49,639 nt of DNA from a virus (lineage: Duplodnaviria; Heunggongvirae; Uroviricota; Caudoviricetes). The translations under genes and the position numbers were made by a program. Of this stretch, positions 1-9,588 are shown one piece after another. The DNA lies in the IMG/VR virus record IMGVR_UViG_3300031087_000527, positions 209,384-259,022 of that record; one strand, 5' to 3'. The first letter of the stretch is position 1. Each line of letters begins with the position of its first letter. A model generated the notes under the pieces. The model was given only the letters and a program-made list of their open reading frames with translations, made no database searches and was not told the DNA's origin.

Positions 1-179
1 AAGCCAAAATATTTTCAATATCATATTTGACAAAGAAAAAATCATCATCTATTGTTCGGTTATCAAAATCTCCTAAATCAAAATAAAACTTGTCAAAAAA
101 CCCTCTGACCGCTCGGTCGCTATCTATTTTTGCTTTACCTCATATTATTCATTTATAATAAAATCATTTAGGAGAGAAC

Positions 180-2096
180 ATGAAAAACTTATTGCAGGAC
201 ATTTTTGTAACAGCCCATAGCTTTGCTCAGGAAAAAAGCCTTCCTTACATTTCTAAGGGCGATGATAACAACTACTACGCGTTTATTGAGGTTGTGAACT
301 TTTCTATCGGAGACGAGCACACCTTAAAACAAATAGAGAAAATAAGATCAGAATACGACATTCGTCTTTATGAGATAAACAATCAAGAAAAAGAAGTCGT
401 TTTTGAAAGGCATGATACTTATGGATTGTCTGATTTGATAGAAGAAACCAATGATAAAATTAGACTTGATAATAAAAAAGAAGTTAAACGTTATTATCTG
501 ATTGCCAAAAGCGATAACTCTACGACTCTTAAAGACGCGCTGATTAAACTGCTATTTATCATTAAAAAATATGACTTTAATGATCTGGATTCTCAATCAT
601 CTAAGCTATTTGCCTTAAATAAAAGAGATGTCCGTAAAGGCGATGTCGGAAGAAACATAGGTCAGAGATTCACTAAAAAAGATAATACATCTTTTTACTA
701 TCAGCCTTTTTCCAGCAGGCAAATTACATGGATAAATGAGTTTATCTATGACAGACCGGATCAGATTGAAAACATCAAGTTATTACTTAATAGCTTGAAC
801 TTGAATTATTACATGTCGAATACTTATACCAATAATACTACGCCTATCATTAGTATTGTGAGTAATGATAACAGTGCCTATGGCTTCATTGACACACTGG
901 CAAAAAATGCTGTCAATAATCATTTTACGGCTGGTAAGTATAACCTTAAAGATAATGACTACATTAATCCATTTGATATCTGCTTCGGCACAGATGCTCC
1001 ATCACAACAGGATATGAATGTAATAAAAAATCTTATGTCTTATTTTTTAGGGGAAGATATAGAAGATGATCAGTTAACGAATATTATTGAAAAACTTTAT
1101 AAGGCAAAGAAATATTGTAGAACACATGAATATCGCAGCATTAAACATATTCTTGATCAAAAAGGAATACGCAACGAAGAAATATCATGGAGAACGTTAA
1201 GGAATATTTTAGCCAGCGAAGATGCTGAAAGTATGGCGTTATTCGCACATAAGCAGGCTATGCCAACAATGAATGACTTTAGAGATCTGGTGGCAGAGAA
1301 AGCCAAAAGAAATGGTGCTTATATCTATACAAGCGCCTTGGAAAAGATTGATGAGGTAATGCGTCATCATAACTTTGTTAGTAGAGCTACCACGATTAAT
1401 GCGGAAAGGCGTGAAAAAATCACCCACATTAATCTCGGAATTGATAAAGACACAGTGATGGCTGATTTTGCTTACATGATTGCTTCTAATCATCTCTACA
1501 AAGAAATGATTTTGAATAACAAAGACTACATTCCTGCTATTCATGAAGATTGTAAAAATATCGCCTTACAGAGAATGTCAGTTTTATCAGAAACGCCTAA
1601 AAGATTAGTGCTGGACGATTTGGCGTGTATCTTTAAAAAAGAACGTCATGAGGATCTGATTGTTTCACTTACTGAAATAGTCAGGGAATCAAGAAAATGG
1701 CAAATCGATGTGAATATGGTGTTAGAACACTGCTCTCTTGATTCGCGCATAGAGAAATTTGTAACATCCAGTTTTACCACATCAAGGAAGAATCATGAGG
1801 TTATTTATAATCGCTCGCCTTCAGCGGTATTAGGCCGAACAGAAACATTCGAAGGATGGTTTGACACCAGTGAAGGCATTATTAATAACACGATAGACTT
1901 CAATATAACGCCAGTAGAGTATTGGGCTATAACAGGTGTTCCTGAAGAAATAAGTCTCAGAAATGCTCTGTATGATGTGCTGAAAGGTGATAAGGCAAGA
2001 GCGATTCTGGCAAAAGCCTATCCGCAGGGATTAAAAGATGTTCTAAAAGATAAATGTTATTCGGAAAAAGATGTAGTGGAAGAACTGCTTAAATAA
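180..2096 (+). CDS. IcmB/DotO (TraU/VirB4-like) type IVB secretion ATPase homologue, degenerate
   Basis: Motifs in IcmB order: YINPFDICFG, PKRLVLDDL (Walker B region), RESRKW, and C-terminal YWAITGVPEEISLRNALY...ARAILAKAYP. No GxxxxGK[ST] Walker A; shorter than typical ~1000-aa IcmB. Confidence 0.65.
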   Translation: MKNLLQDIFVTAHSFAQEKSLPYISKGDDNNYYAFIEVVNFSIGDEHTLKQIEKIRSEYDIRLYEINNQEKEVVFERHDTYGLSDLIEETNDKIRLDNKKEVKRYYLIAKSDNSTTLKDALIKLLFIIKKYDFNDLDSQSSKLFALNKRDVRKGDVGRNIGQRFTKKDNTSFYYQPFSSRQITWINEFIYDRPDQIENIKLLLNSLNLNYYMSNTYTNNTTPIISIVSNDNSAYGFIDTLAKNAVNNHFTAGKYNLKDNDYINPFDICFGTDAPSQQDMNVIKNLMSYFLGEDIEDDQLTNIIEKLYKAKKYCRTHEYRSIKHILDQKGIRNEEISWRTLRNILASEDAESMALFAHKQAMPTMNDFRDLVAEKAKRNGAYIYTSALEKIDEVMRHHNFVSRATTINAERREKITHINLGIDKDTVMADFAYMIASNHLYKEMILNNKDYIPAIHEDCKNIALQRMSVLSETPKRLVLDDLACIFKKERHEDLIVSLTEIVRESRKWQIDVNMVLEHCSLDSRIEKFVTSSFTTSRKNHEVIYNRSPSAVLGRTETFEGWFDTSEGIINNTIDFNITPVEYWAITGVPEEISLRNALYDVLKGDKARAILAKAYPQGLKDVLKDKCYSEKDVVEELLK

Positions 2097-2097
2097 G

Positions 2098-2123
2098 AAA
2101 AAGGCCACTGAGTGGCCTTTTTT
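2098..2123. terminator. Bidirectional intrinsic terminator
   Basis: AAAAA-GGCCAC-TGA-GTGGCC-TTTTTT between convergent genes. Confidence 0.85.
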
Positions 2124-2138
2124 ATTAGCTAAGTAATT

Positions 2139-2429
2139 TTACTGACCTTGCTGCAGAACTACTGCTTTTCCGTCAGGTTGGATAAGTTTAATCTCATTAT
2201 TCACACGGATTTCCTGAACGCTATGATCAGGATTAATGATTTTTACTGTGCCATTAGTATAAGTAATAGTGGTTGTAATGCTGCCATTGTTCTCGCATGT
2301 CTGAATTGTGTTAACTTGAACACCTGCATCTCGACCATTACTCCTGGCTGGAGAGATAGAGTTGCATTGTGATAACGCAGAGCCAGAGAATAGTAACGTG
2401 GTAAGTGCAAGACTAATCAATTTTTTCAT
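2139..2429 (-). CDS. Small exported hypothetical protein
   Basis: MKK + hydrophobic signal peptide ending ALS; RBS GGAGA upstream. Confidence 0.75.
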   Translation of the reverse strand: MKKLISLALTTLLFSGSALSQCNSISPARSNGRDAGVQVNTIQTCENNGSITTTITYTNGTVKIINPDHSVQEIRVNNEIKLIQPDGKAVVLQQGQ

Positions 2430-2651
2430 AGATATCTCCTGTTTTGTATAATCATAGCATAATTAAAATATGCTTTGCTAGTTAAAGTAATTATTTGACT
2501 ATAAGGTTTATTGCTGACCGGTTAAGTTCAGAGCAAAATAAAGGAATAAGTATAAAAAATAGTCAAAAATTTCTTGAGTGTCATAGTGGTTGTCAGTATA
2601 GTGGCTTCGCTTGGTTATGATTTAACCATATAATTTAACGAGAGGTGTAAA

Positions 2652-2876
2652 ATGTATGCGATTACTGTGTTGATTGATGGAAACCGCGTAGCGCTTGAGG
2701 ATGTGTCTGACAGTGGTCGGGCAATCCCAGCGGCTTCCAGAGAAGATGCGCTTGAGTTTGTAACGTTGGCGTCTGCCAATAAGTTTATCTCTACCAATGT
2801 ATCCATGTATGAGTTTCCTGAAGTCATTGACTCCGGTTTGCTTGTAGAAGAAAATTTTGCTGCTATTCTTGAGTAG
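2652..2876 (+). CDS. Hypothetical protein
   Basis: GAGGT RBS; upstream TTGAGT-17-TATAGT promoter. Confidence 0.7.
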   Translation: MYAITVLIDGNRVALEDVSDSGRAIPAASREDALEFVTLASANKFISTNVSMYEFPEVIDSGLLVEENFAAILE

Positions 2877-2968
2877 CAAAGTCTTTTTGTGATATGATGT
2901 TCAAGTGATATCTATTTGATAAGGTTCTACTGGCTTTACTTACTCAAAAATCAAATAGAGGGTATATC

Positions 2969-3199
2969 ATGAAAAAAGAAACATGTCTGTGGGAATCAAG
3001 AGAGTTAGGCTGTGATGAGCGTTATGTGGCTGTAGCGTCAGCGGCTGAAGCAGAGGCCATTGATAAGGCATTGGGTTTGAGTGAGATCTCTTTCAGAATA
3101 AGTAATGATCTGAGAGAAAAACTTGAGGCTCAGGCAAAATTGGAAGATTTAAGTTTTAGAGCGTTTATGCGAAAAACTCTTGAAAAAACTGTAGAATAA
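2969..3199 (+). CDS. Ribbon-helix-helix (CopG/antitoxin-like) DNA-binding protein
   Basis: C-terminal EISFRISNDLREKLEAQAK...FRAFMRKTL fits a beta-helix-helix pattern; GAGG RBS; terminator at 3201-3224. Confidence 0.55.
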   Translation: MKKETCLWESRELGCDERYVAVASAAEAEAIDKALGLSEISFRISNDLREKLEAQAKLEDLSFRAFMRKTLEKTVE

Positions 3200-3298
3200 T
3201 AAAAAGGTCCTTTGGGGCCTTTTTGTGTCAATAAAAGCTTGATTCTGATAACGAATAAAGATAAGATAAAGGCCTATTATTAATGGAGTTGACGTTAA

Positions 3299-4471
3299 AT
3301 GTCTAAATCGAAGAAAAGCCGCAGCGAAGAAATATTGCGAGCTGAGAAAGAGCAGGCAATGCTTTGTGAAATGGGTAAAAAGCATAAAGAAAAAGAAAAA
3401 ATTGTTATCCCAATTGAGCACGACATCCCTCATGAGCTTTTAAATCTGAGTATTCGTCCGGCATGTGATTTTCGTTTAAAAACCCGTTCTTCGGATCGTC
3501 TTAAGCAGCGTCTTGAGTTGGTCAAGCATCTCTACGTTCAATACCCGGTTCCTAAGATTTTGGAACAGGTTTGGTATAAAGAACAAAATGAGCGCAACAT
3601 TCATCAATATAATTATTTCCACTGGAGTGATCCAGTTAAGGAAATGAAAGTTGTGCGCAGCGTTTTCCATGATTGGTATATCTGTGCGGCAACAGGTGGT
3701 TCGCTTCATAAGACACACCTTAAAGATTTCATGACTAAAAAAGAAAGTCATGCGTTTATGGCGTGTTCTAAGCCGCTTAATATCAACGGTGCTATTTACT
3801 ACGCTACGGCTTTGTGTGCTGGCGCTAATGATGGTATGGCTTTTCGTATTGCAAAATCTAAAATCGCAGAGAAGCAATATGTCAACGCATTCTGGCGTGA
3901 CTGTGCGCGTTTCTTTGCTGTAAACCATGCCGAGAGTGTTAATCAGATTAACGATTTGGTTGACTACTTAGAGAGTCGCCTGCAGGAAAATAGGGATTTC
4001 TCTATTTTTGGTCAAGGCTTCACAATTAAAACTCTGCTTGAGCGTATGAAAGACTGGCATTACGACATGCGTCGTATTAAAGAACACTCTGCTTACACAT
4101 GGAAAGGTTTTGATATTCCTGACAAGCAGTTTATGAAGAAAGATGAGCATGGTCGTGAAATGATATGGAGTATTACGCAGATTGTAAAAGGAAAGGATCT
4201 GGCTGAAGAAGGCAATAAGATGCACCATTGTGTTTATAGTTATAGGCCAAAGTGTATTTTGGGAAGCGTCTCTATTTGGTCAATGCGGGTTCGTCCTAAT
4301 ACACCTGCTGGTTATTTCGAAGAAAAACGTGTAGCGACTATCGAGGTAAGAAGCAACTACGTTGTTGCTCAGGCACGTGGCTTCGCTAACCGTGATTTGA
4401 AAAGTAATGAGAAAAATATTCTGGCTATGTGGTGTCGTGAAAACAATATCGGCTACAGCGGAAGCTATTAA
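3299..4471 (+). CDS. PcfJ-domain protein
   Basis: LAEEGNKMHHCVYSY and ATIEV...VAQARGFANR motifs. Confidence 0.8.
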   Translation: MSKSKKSRSEEILRAEKEQAMLCEMGKKHKEKEKIVIPIEHDIPHELLNLSIRPACDFRLKTRSSDRLKQRLELVKHLYVQYPVPKILEQVWYKEQNERNIHQYNYFHWSDPVKEMKVVRSVFHDWYICAATGGSLHKTHLKDFMTKKESHAFMACSKPLNINGAIYYATALCAGANDGMAFRIAKSKIAEKQYVNAFWRDCARFFAVNHAESVNQINDLVDYLESRLQENRDFSIFGQGFTIKTLLERMKDWHYDMRRIKEHSAYTWKGFDIPDKQFMKKDEHGREMIWSITQIVKGKDLAEEGNKMHHCVYSYRPKCILGSVSIWSMRVRPNTPAGYFEEKRVATIEVRSNYVVAQARGFANRDLKSNEKNILAMWCRENNIGYSGSY

Positions 4472-4527
4472 TAGTCGCCTCTCTGAACAAGGGAGGCTTT
4501 TTCGTATTTAAATAAAACAGGAATAGA

Positions 4528-5268
4528 ATGAAATTATTAAAAGTAGCACTCCTCTCTTTGATGTGTGTTCTACCGACCACGGCATTTTCTAAAAATGTTG
4601 CTGTTGTTCTTATGTATCATCGCATAGCAGAAGTTGAGAATGATATGAATACCACGCCAGAGCGATTTGCTCAGCAGATGGAGTATCTTCACAATAATAA
4701 CTATAATGTGATTACAGGTGAAGAGCTGGTCTCAGATATTAAAAATAAGAAAGAGGTTGCGCCAAAGACGGTTGTGATCACCTTTGATGATGGCTGGGCC
4801 TCTCAGAAAGCGGCAATGGATATTCTTCAAAAATATAAGTATCCAGGCATGTTTGCACTGGTGACAGAGTATCAGCAGTTCAAAAATAAGACTTATCTCC
4901 AGCCGGAAGATTTCGAAAAATATAAAGAAGATAACTTTACTTATGTGAATCACTCTCATACGCATTTCATTAAAGATTTTATCAGGCGTCCTGATTACGA
5001 TGTGGCGTTGAGTAAACTACAGATAATTAAGAGTACGGGTAAGTTTGTGCCTATTTATGTTTATCCTTATGGGAAGCGTTCTAAGGCACTTGTGAAGGCT
5101 TTGAAGAATAATGGGTATATTGCGGCATTTGGTGTCTATGGTGCGCCTGTAGACGTTCAGAAGGTGGATATATTCAATATTAATCGATATATGATGAATG
5201 ATAAGGTGGATATGGATAGATTTGAAAAAATAGTTGGTGTCACCTTGCCTTCTGATAAGATAAGTTGA
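4528..5268 (+). CDS. Exported polysaccharide deacetylase (NodB/CE4 family)
   Basis: Signal peptide; LMYH, TFDDG, HSHTH and YPYG motifs. Confidence 0.88.
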   Translation: MKLLKVALLSLMCVLPTTAFSKNVAVVLMYHRIAEVENDMNTTPERFAQQMEYLHNNNYNVITGEELVSDIKNKKEVAPKTVVITFDDGWASQKAAMDILQKYKYPGMFALVTEYQQFKNKTYLQPEDFEKYKEDNFTYVNHSHTHFIKDFIRRPDYDVALSKLQIIKSTGKFVPIYVYPYGKRSKALVKALKNNGYIAAFGVYGAPVDVQKVDIFNINRYMMNDKVDMDRFEKIVGVTLPSDKIS

Positions 5269-5373
5269 TAAAAAGAAAGAGCGGCTAGCCGCTCTTTTTG
5301 TTTTAAGTAAATCTAATTGTTTGACTGCGCACGGCGCTATAAACGCCACGGAGTGCTTTCTTATTGAATAAGA

Positions 5374-5940
5374 TTAAACTTCAATCTCTCCACGTTTCAT
5401 AGCATAATAAAGATCCTGAACGGTTTTGCTGTCTACATCAACTTTTAAAACTTTAGCAATAGCCGCAATCGCTTTGGTTTTTTTCTTCTCTTTCTCTGAA
5501 TCAAAAACAGCCAGTTCGTCGAGTTCGAGGGCAATAAACTCTTTATCAGCATTAAATGGCTGAACAGCGATCATACGCGCATGGAACAGATTAAGAATGC
5601 CACTTACAATAACAGGAGTTCCAACCTCATATTGTCCACTTGGTGCTGCCAGGCTGCAAATCTGACCTACTAAAGGCTCACCTTCGCCATCCCATGCGTC
5701 TGTTTCAATATCAACACGTGAGGCGATCAGTTCAAAAGAATGCTCTGATGACTTAAACATGTGTTCATTAAGGTTTCCCTGAACATGAGGCTGATGAAAG
5801 CGTGCATATTTATCAAAAGGTTTTGGCTGAGCATTTTCGGTAAAATAAATATTGCCATTGAAACGAACAACATGGTTAGCCCATTCAGGAGCCATTTTAA
5901 AGTGAGATTTGCTGCCCAAAACAATCTTGTATTTGCTCAT
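5374..5940 (-). CDS. Phage-type hypothetical protein
   Basis: APEWANH and WDGEGEPLVG motifs recalled from small phage proteins; AGGA RBS. Confidence 0.65.
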   Translation of the reverse strand: MSKYKIVLGSKSHFKMAPEWANHVVRFNGNIYFTENAQPKPFDKYARFHQPHVQGNLNEHMFKSSEHSFELIASRVDIETDAWDGEGEPLVGQICSLAAPSGQYEVGTPVIVSGILNLFHARMIAVQPFNADKEFIALELDELAVFDSEKEKKKTKAIAAIAKVLKVDVDSKTVQDLYYAMKRGEIEV

Positions 5941-6087
5941 GAAGAAATCCTCTTATGGTTGATTTTAAAAGGTAATTATAGCTTATTTTGAGTCTAAAAA
6001 GCTAGTAAAATATGATGAATTCAAGATTATTTTTTCTTTGAATATCATGATAATTCCTGCTATTATAATGCCAATAGAGAGGTATTT

Positions 6088-6342
6088 ATGTCTAAAGATA
6101 TTGAGTCTATAAAAGCGCTTCTGTCGCAGCAGCCAACTGCTTACAAGATTACGGACAGCATGGGCGCTACTTGGATTGAATCGAGAAAGAGAATATTGGA
6201 AGCATTCCTGAGTATTGGTAAGAAAGGCTTGACGCCTATGTATGTTATTAGTGAGTCAGAGAAGAAAAGTATTGAATCATTACTGGATGAACTTGAGGTG
6301 CTCAGAGCACAAAGTGAGTCTAAAACTGTATCTCAGCATTAA
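6088..6342 (+). CDS. Hypothetical protein
   Basis: GAGGT RBS, protein-like composition. Confidence 0.65.
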   Translation: MSKDIESIKALLSQQPTAYKITDSMGATWIESRKRILEAFLSIGKKGLTPMYVISESEKKSIESLLDELEVLRAQSESKTVSQH

Positions 6343-6351
6343 GGATAAGTC

Positions 6352-6747
6352 ATGAATAAATTTCTGGTAGGCGCAAATGAGCAGGGCCAAAAAGTTGCTA
6401 TTATTACTCACGATCATCAAAGCTTCGGAGTGGACAACTTTCAGGATAAATTTCATATTCCTGAGATTTCAAGCCACGGCGTAATGGAAGTGAATAGCCA
6501 AGGCGTTATCGTGATTGATAAATGTAGCGCTATCTACAATCCTAATGATGGAGTCTTCATTGAAGGACTTTTCCGTAAAGGCTTAATGTTCCGATCTGAG
6601 CTGAAGCGTCGTCTGGTGTCAAACGATATCATTCTGTGCAACTTTGAGTTTCTACCTTTCATTAAAAACCTCTCCGTAGAAACTGATGTGCGAGTTTTGA
6701 GAGAGGATAATCAGTTTAGTTATTACTTTGGAGTTAAAGTCGCCTGA
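6352..6747 (+). CDS. Hypothetical protein
   Basis: AGGA RBS, coupled to upstream gene. Confidence 0.7.
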   Translation: MNKFLVGANEQGQKVAIITHDHQSFGVDNFQDKFHIPEISSHGVMEVNSQGVIVIDKCSAIYNPNDGVFIEGLFRKGLMFRSELKRRLVSNDIILCNFEFLPFIKNLSVETDVRVLREDNQFSYYFGVKVA

Positions 6748-6786
6748 AGCTATCATAAGGCAAAGAGTAAGTCTGTAAGATAATGG

Positions 6787-6815
6787 TTGTGCATCATGGA
6801 TGATTTTGGTATACT
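6787..6815 (+). promoter_or_regulatory. TTGTGCAT-class sigma70 promoter
   Basis: TTGTGC(ATCA)-17-TATACT. Confidence 0.75.
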
Positions 6816-6849
6816 TCAGGCACATTGGAAATCATAGGATACGTGAAAA

Positions 6850-7143
6850 ATGTTAGAAGTGATTCATTCGGGCGATGTTGTATTTGATAAAGCTGGCCTG
6901 CGTGTTGTTATGGGATCTGACGGCAATGCGTATGCGAATGATAGCAGTTCAGATTATGTCTATGTGGATGATCATGAGTTGTTAGCGTGGAAGCAGATCA
7001 ATGCCCATGATTATTATCCAAGCACGAACCATTTTCTAAGAGCGTGTTTTTCAGAGTGGTATTTTTCACTGGATGAAGAAACGCGCAATGAATATGTTGA
7101 AGAAATTATAGGCTTAACGCTGGAAGCGCACATTCCTTTTTAA
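6850..7143 (+). CDS. Hypothetical protein
   Basis: Downstream of promoter; AGGA RBS. Confidence 0.7.
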   Translation: MLEVIHSGDVVFDKAGLRVVMGSDGNAYANDSSSDYVYVDDHELLAWKQINAHDYYPSTNHFLRACFSEWYFSLDEETRNEYVEEIIGLTLEAHIPF

Positions 7144-7156
7144 GAGGTGATAAAAA

Positions 7157-7321
7157 ATGACTGTTTGGAAACGCACTGATCAGGAACTCCCTGAAGAAAG
7201 AGTTGTGGTTCGAACCATTCTCCCTTCCGGTGAAGAAGCTGACTTATATCGGATTGGAAATCTTTGGTTTGAAGGAACTGTTTATCTTTACTATGCGCCG
7301 GAGCGTTGGGCATATTATTAA
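7157..7321 (+). CDS. Small hypothetical protein (54 aa, not in ORF track)
   Basis: GAGGTG RBS; MTVWKRTDQELPEERVVV... has a DUF551-like W..xE/QxLPE start; followed by a terminator. Confidence 0.65.
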   Translation: MTVWKRTDQELPEERVVVRTILPSGEEADLYRIGNLWFEGTVYLYYAPERWAYY

Positions 7322-7437
7322 TACAACAGAATAGCAAAAGGCTGCCATCAAGGTGGCCTTTTTATTGTTATTAATTTGCCTAATGTGTTTAAATATTATA
7401 TATATTTGAGACAAAACTTTAAACGGAGAATACTATT

Positions 7438-7935
7438 ATGAAAAAATTGTTAGCGCTTGCCCTTTTAGCTTCATCTTCTGCCTTTGCTGCGGCTCCTGAT
7501 GCTTCATACAATGTTAATATTCAAGTCTATGCGGTAGACAACGGACATAAGACTTTGGTGTCTTCTATGTCTCAGGTGGTGAATAACGATGGTGTAGAGA
7601 CGCCAATATTTGTAAAAAGAGACTTAGGCGATACTGGTCTTAAGCTGAAGGAAGGCTTTACTGTAAACTCAAAAGTTGCTAAGTCAGGCGATCACGATGT
7701 TCTTGATTTTGACGGTGTAATGACGCGTATTGAAAAGTTTAAGGCGTCAGGCGATGCTAAATGGCAGGAAGGCACTGTGAAGTCATTAAGCTTCAGAAAC
7801 TCGATGCTTCTTAAAGATACGAAGACTACATATAGCTCATCCTTTGATGGCGATAATAAATACCTGCTGGAAATGACTGCTGTGAAGTTAGATCGCGTTG
7901 AAGGCTCACCAAGTCAGGAAAAAGCAAAAAGCTAA
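7438..7935 (+). CDS. Exported hypothetical protein
   Basis: MKK signal peptide ending AFA; GGAG RBS. Confidence 0.75.
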   Translation: MKKLLALALLASSSAFAAAPDASYNVNIQVYAVDNGHKTLVSSMSQVVNNDGVETPIFVKRDLGDTGLKLKEGFTVNSKVAKSGDHDVLDFDGVMTRIEKFKASGDAKWQEGTVKSLSFRNSMLLKDTKTTYSSSFDGDNKYLLEMTAVKLDRVEGSPSQEKAKS

Positions 7936-8056
7936 TATCTATTTAAGATAAAGTCTGACCAAATAAAGCCACCTCCAGGTGGCTTTTTGTTGTACATCAT
8001 GTCAGCATTTGATAGAATGGCAACATATGCCAACTTCATTTCTAAAAGGAAAAACA

Positions 8057-9514
8057 ATGAGCGAGAATTATGTTTCACATTCAGTAAATCAGAGTGATGC
8101 GTTTAAAAATGCTATGCGTGAATCACTGCTGAAGATGTTTGAGCGTGATGATCTGTTAAAGACCGTCCACAGTGATGACATGCGTGTGGCGAAAGCTTTC
8201 CGCCTGGGTAATATCATTCATGTGTTTGAGCGTATGTCTGGTGGTGAAATCACTGCCTATCAGGATCAATGCTACGACTTCGAAGACGATAAATCTCTGG
8301 AAGCTCATTTACAGTATGGTTTAAGCTCTATGCGTGAGAAAAGCAAAGAGATTTATTCATGGCATAATGTGTTTAGCACTAAAACTGAACTTAGCGAAAT
8401 TGCTATGGACAGTGAAAAAATGGCTTTACTTGAAAACATGCTGAAAGATATGGAAGAAAAAGATCTGGTCCAATGCGATGATATTAAAGAGATAATGGCG
8501 ATGTTTAGCAAGGTGGGTGGTTTCGTAAAAACCACGTCCTCTATTGAATCTCTTATGCTCCTTAGTGATATTTTAGCTGAATATGTAGATATGGAGCGTT
8601 TCTCGTTTGAGTTCTATCTGAGTCTTGCTGAAGATGTTAAGGAAGGCGCTCAAGAGAAGATCAGTAACATCGTAGCTAAACGTTCGTTCATGGAACGGGT
8701 GTGCCGTGAGCAGGGCTTCAATACAGAAAATCGTTTCGAGTATAATGATCTGGATAACCATGTCTGGCTGGATGGTGAAAGTCTGGTGTTAAGCGATCAG
8801 AACTGCACTTTCCTGTTTGTAGGTGATAATAAAAACTTTACGGTATATTACCTGCCAACAGAATACAGTGGCTATGAAGAAGAAAAAGAAAAGCTTCAAG
8901 CTCTGCTGGAGGAAGACAAGCTTCACCACTCTATTGATTTCTTTGATCGTGTGGTTCTGCAGGTAAAAGAGGGTGTGGTGGAATATTCCAATGCGGGTTC
9001 ACTGACCTATTGTTTTGATTTAGATATGGAGTTTTCGGTTAAAGCCTTTGAAATGGAAGGTCTTGGCAAAGCTGAATATGATGTTGATGTCCATACGTAT
9101 GCTTATCAGCGTGATTATCATTTTTCGCGTCATGGTGTGGGTGAGGTTAACTTTATTCTGCGCACATTCCTGCTGTTGGGTGCGGGTCAGGAATATGATA
9201 AGGAAAAGGGGTCAATTTCATACAGCTTCCCTTATATTGGTGGGATGAAGCGAGAGCAAAATGCGCGGGACGTTTCATCTGAAGATGTTAAGGCGTATTA
9301 TCAGGCATCAAGTGTTGAGCATATTTTAAAACCGATCAAATATCTGAATGAGGAGTGGCTGGATGCGTTCAATTTCATGGTTGATTTTATTGAAAAGCAT
9401 AAGATTTACTCAGAGTTTGGAGATGATGAGCAAGCAAAAGAAGCAGAATATGAAAAGCTGATTGCTTATCTTAAAAAGAAACAAAAGCTGTTGAATAAAG
9501 CAGCTAAAAAATAA
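8057..9514 (+). CDS. Hypothetical protein, paralogue family A
   Basis: Start moved to the ATG after an AAGGA RBS; shares NRFEYND.DNH.WL...DQNC with 11020 and a G.G.EYD motif with 9589. Confidence 0.8.
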   Translation: MSENYVSHSVNQSDAFKNAMRESLLKMFERDDLLKTVHSDDMRVAKAFRLGNIIHVFERMSGGEITAYQDQCYDFEDDKSLEAHLQYGLSSMREKSKEIYSWHNVFSTKTELSEIAMDSEKMALLENMLKDMEEKDLVQCDDIKEIMAMFSKVGGFVKTTSSIESLMLLSDILAEYVDMERFSFEFYLSLAEDVKEGAQEKISNIVAKRSFMERVCREQGFNTENRFEYNDLDNHVWLDGESLVLSDQNCTFLFVGDNKNFTVYYLPTEYSGYEEEKEKLQALLEEDKLHHSIDFFDRVVLQVKEGVVEYSNAGSLTYCFDLDMEFSVKAFEMEGLGKAEYDVDVHTYAYQRDYHFSRHGVGEVNFILRTFLLLGAGQEYDKEKGSISYSFPYIGGMKREQNARDVSSEDVKAYYQASSVEHILKPIKYLNEEWLDAFNFMVDFIEKHKIYSEFGDDEQAKEAEYEKLIAYLKKKQKLLNKAAKK

Positions 9515-9588
9515 TGAATAGCCTCTCTTAATGGGAGGCTTAACTTTAATCGAGCCAATAATATTGGTTCACGGAACAGAGAGGGAAT

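Noticed and set aside
7140-7337. Minus-strand 65-aa ORF from the track
   Set aside because: Shadow of a plus-strand 54-aa gene (7157-7321) that has a strong RBS and terminator.
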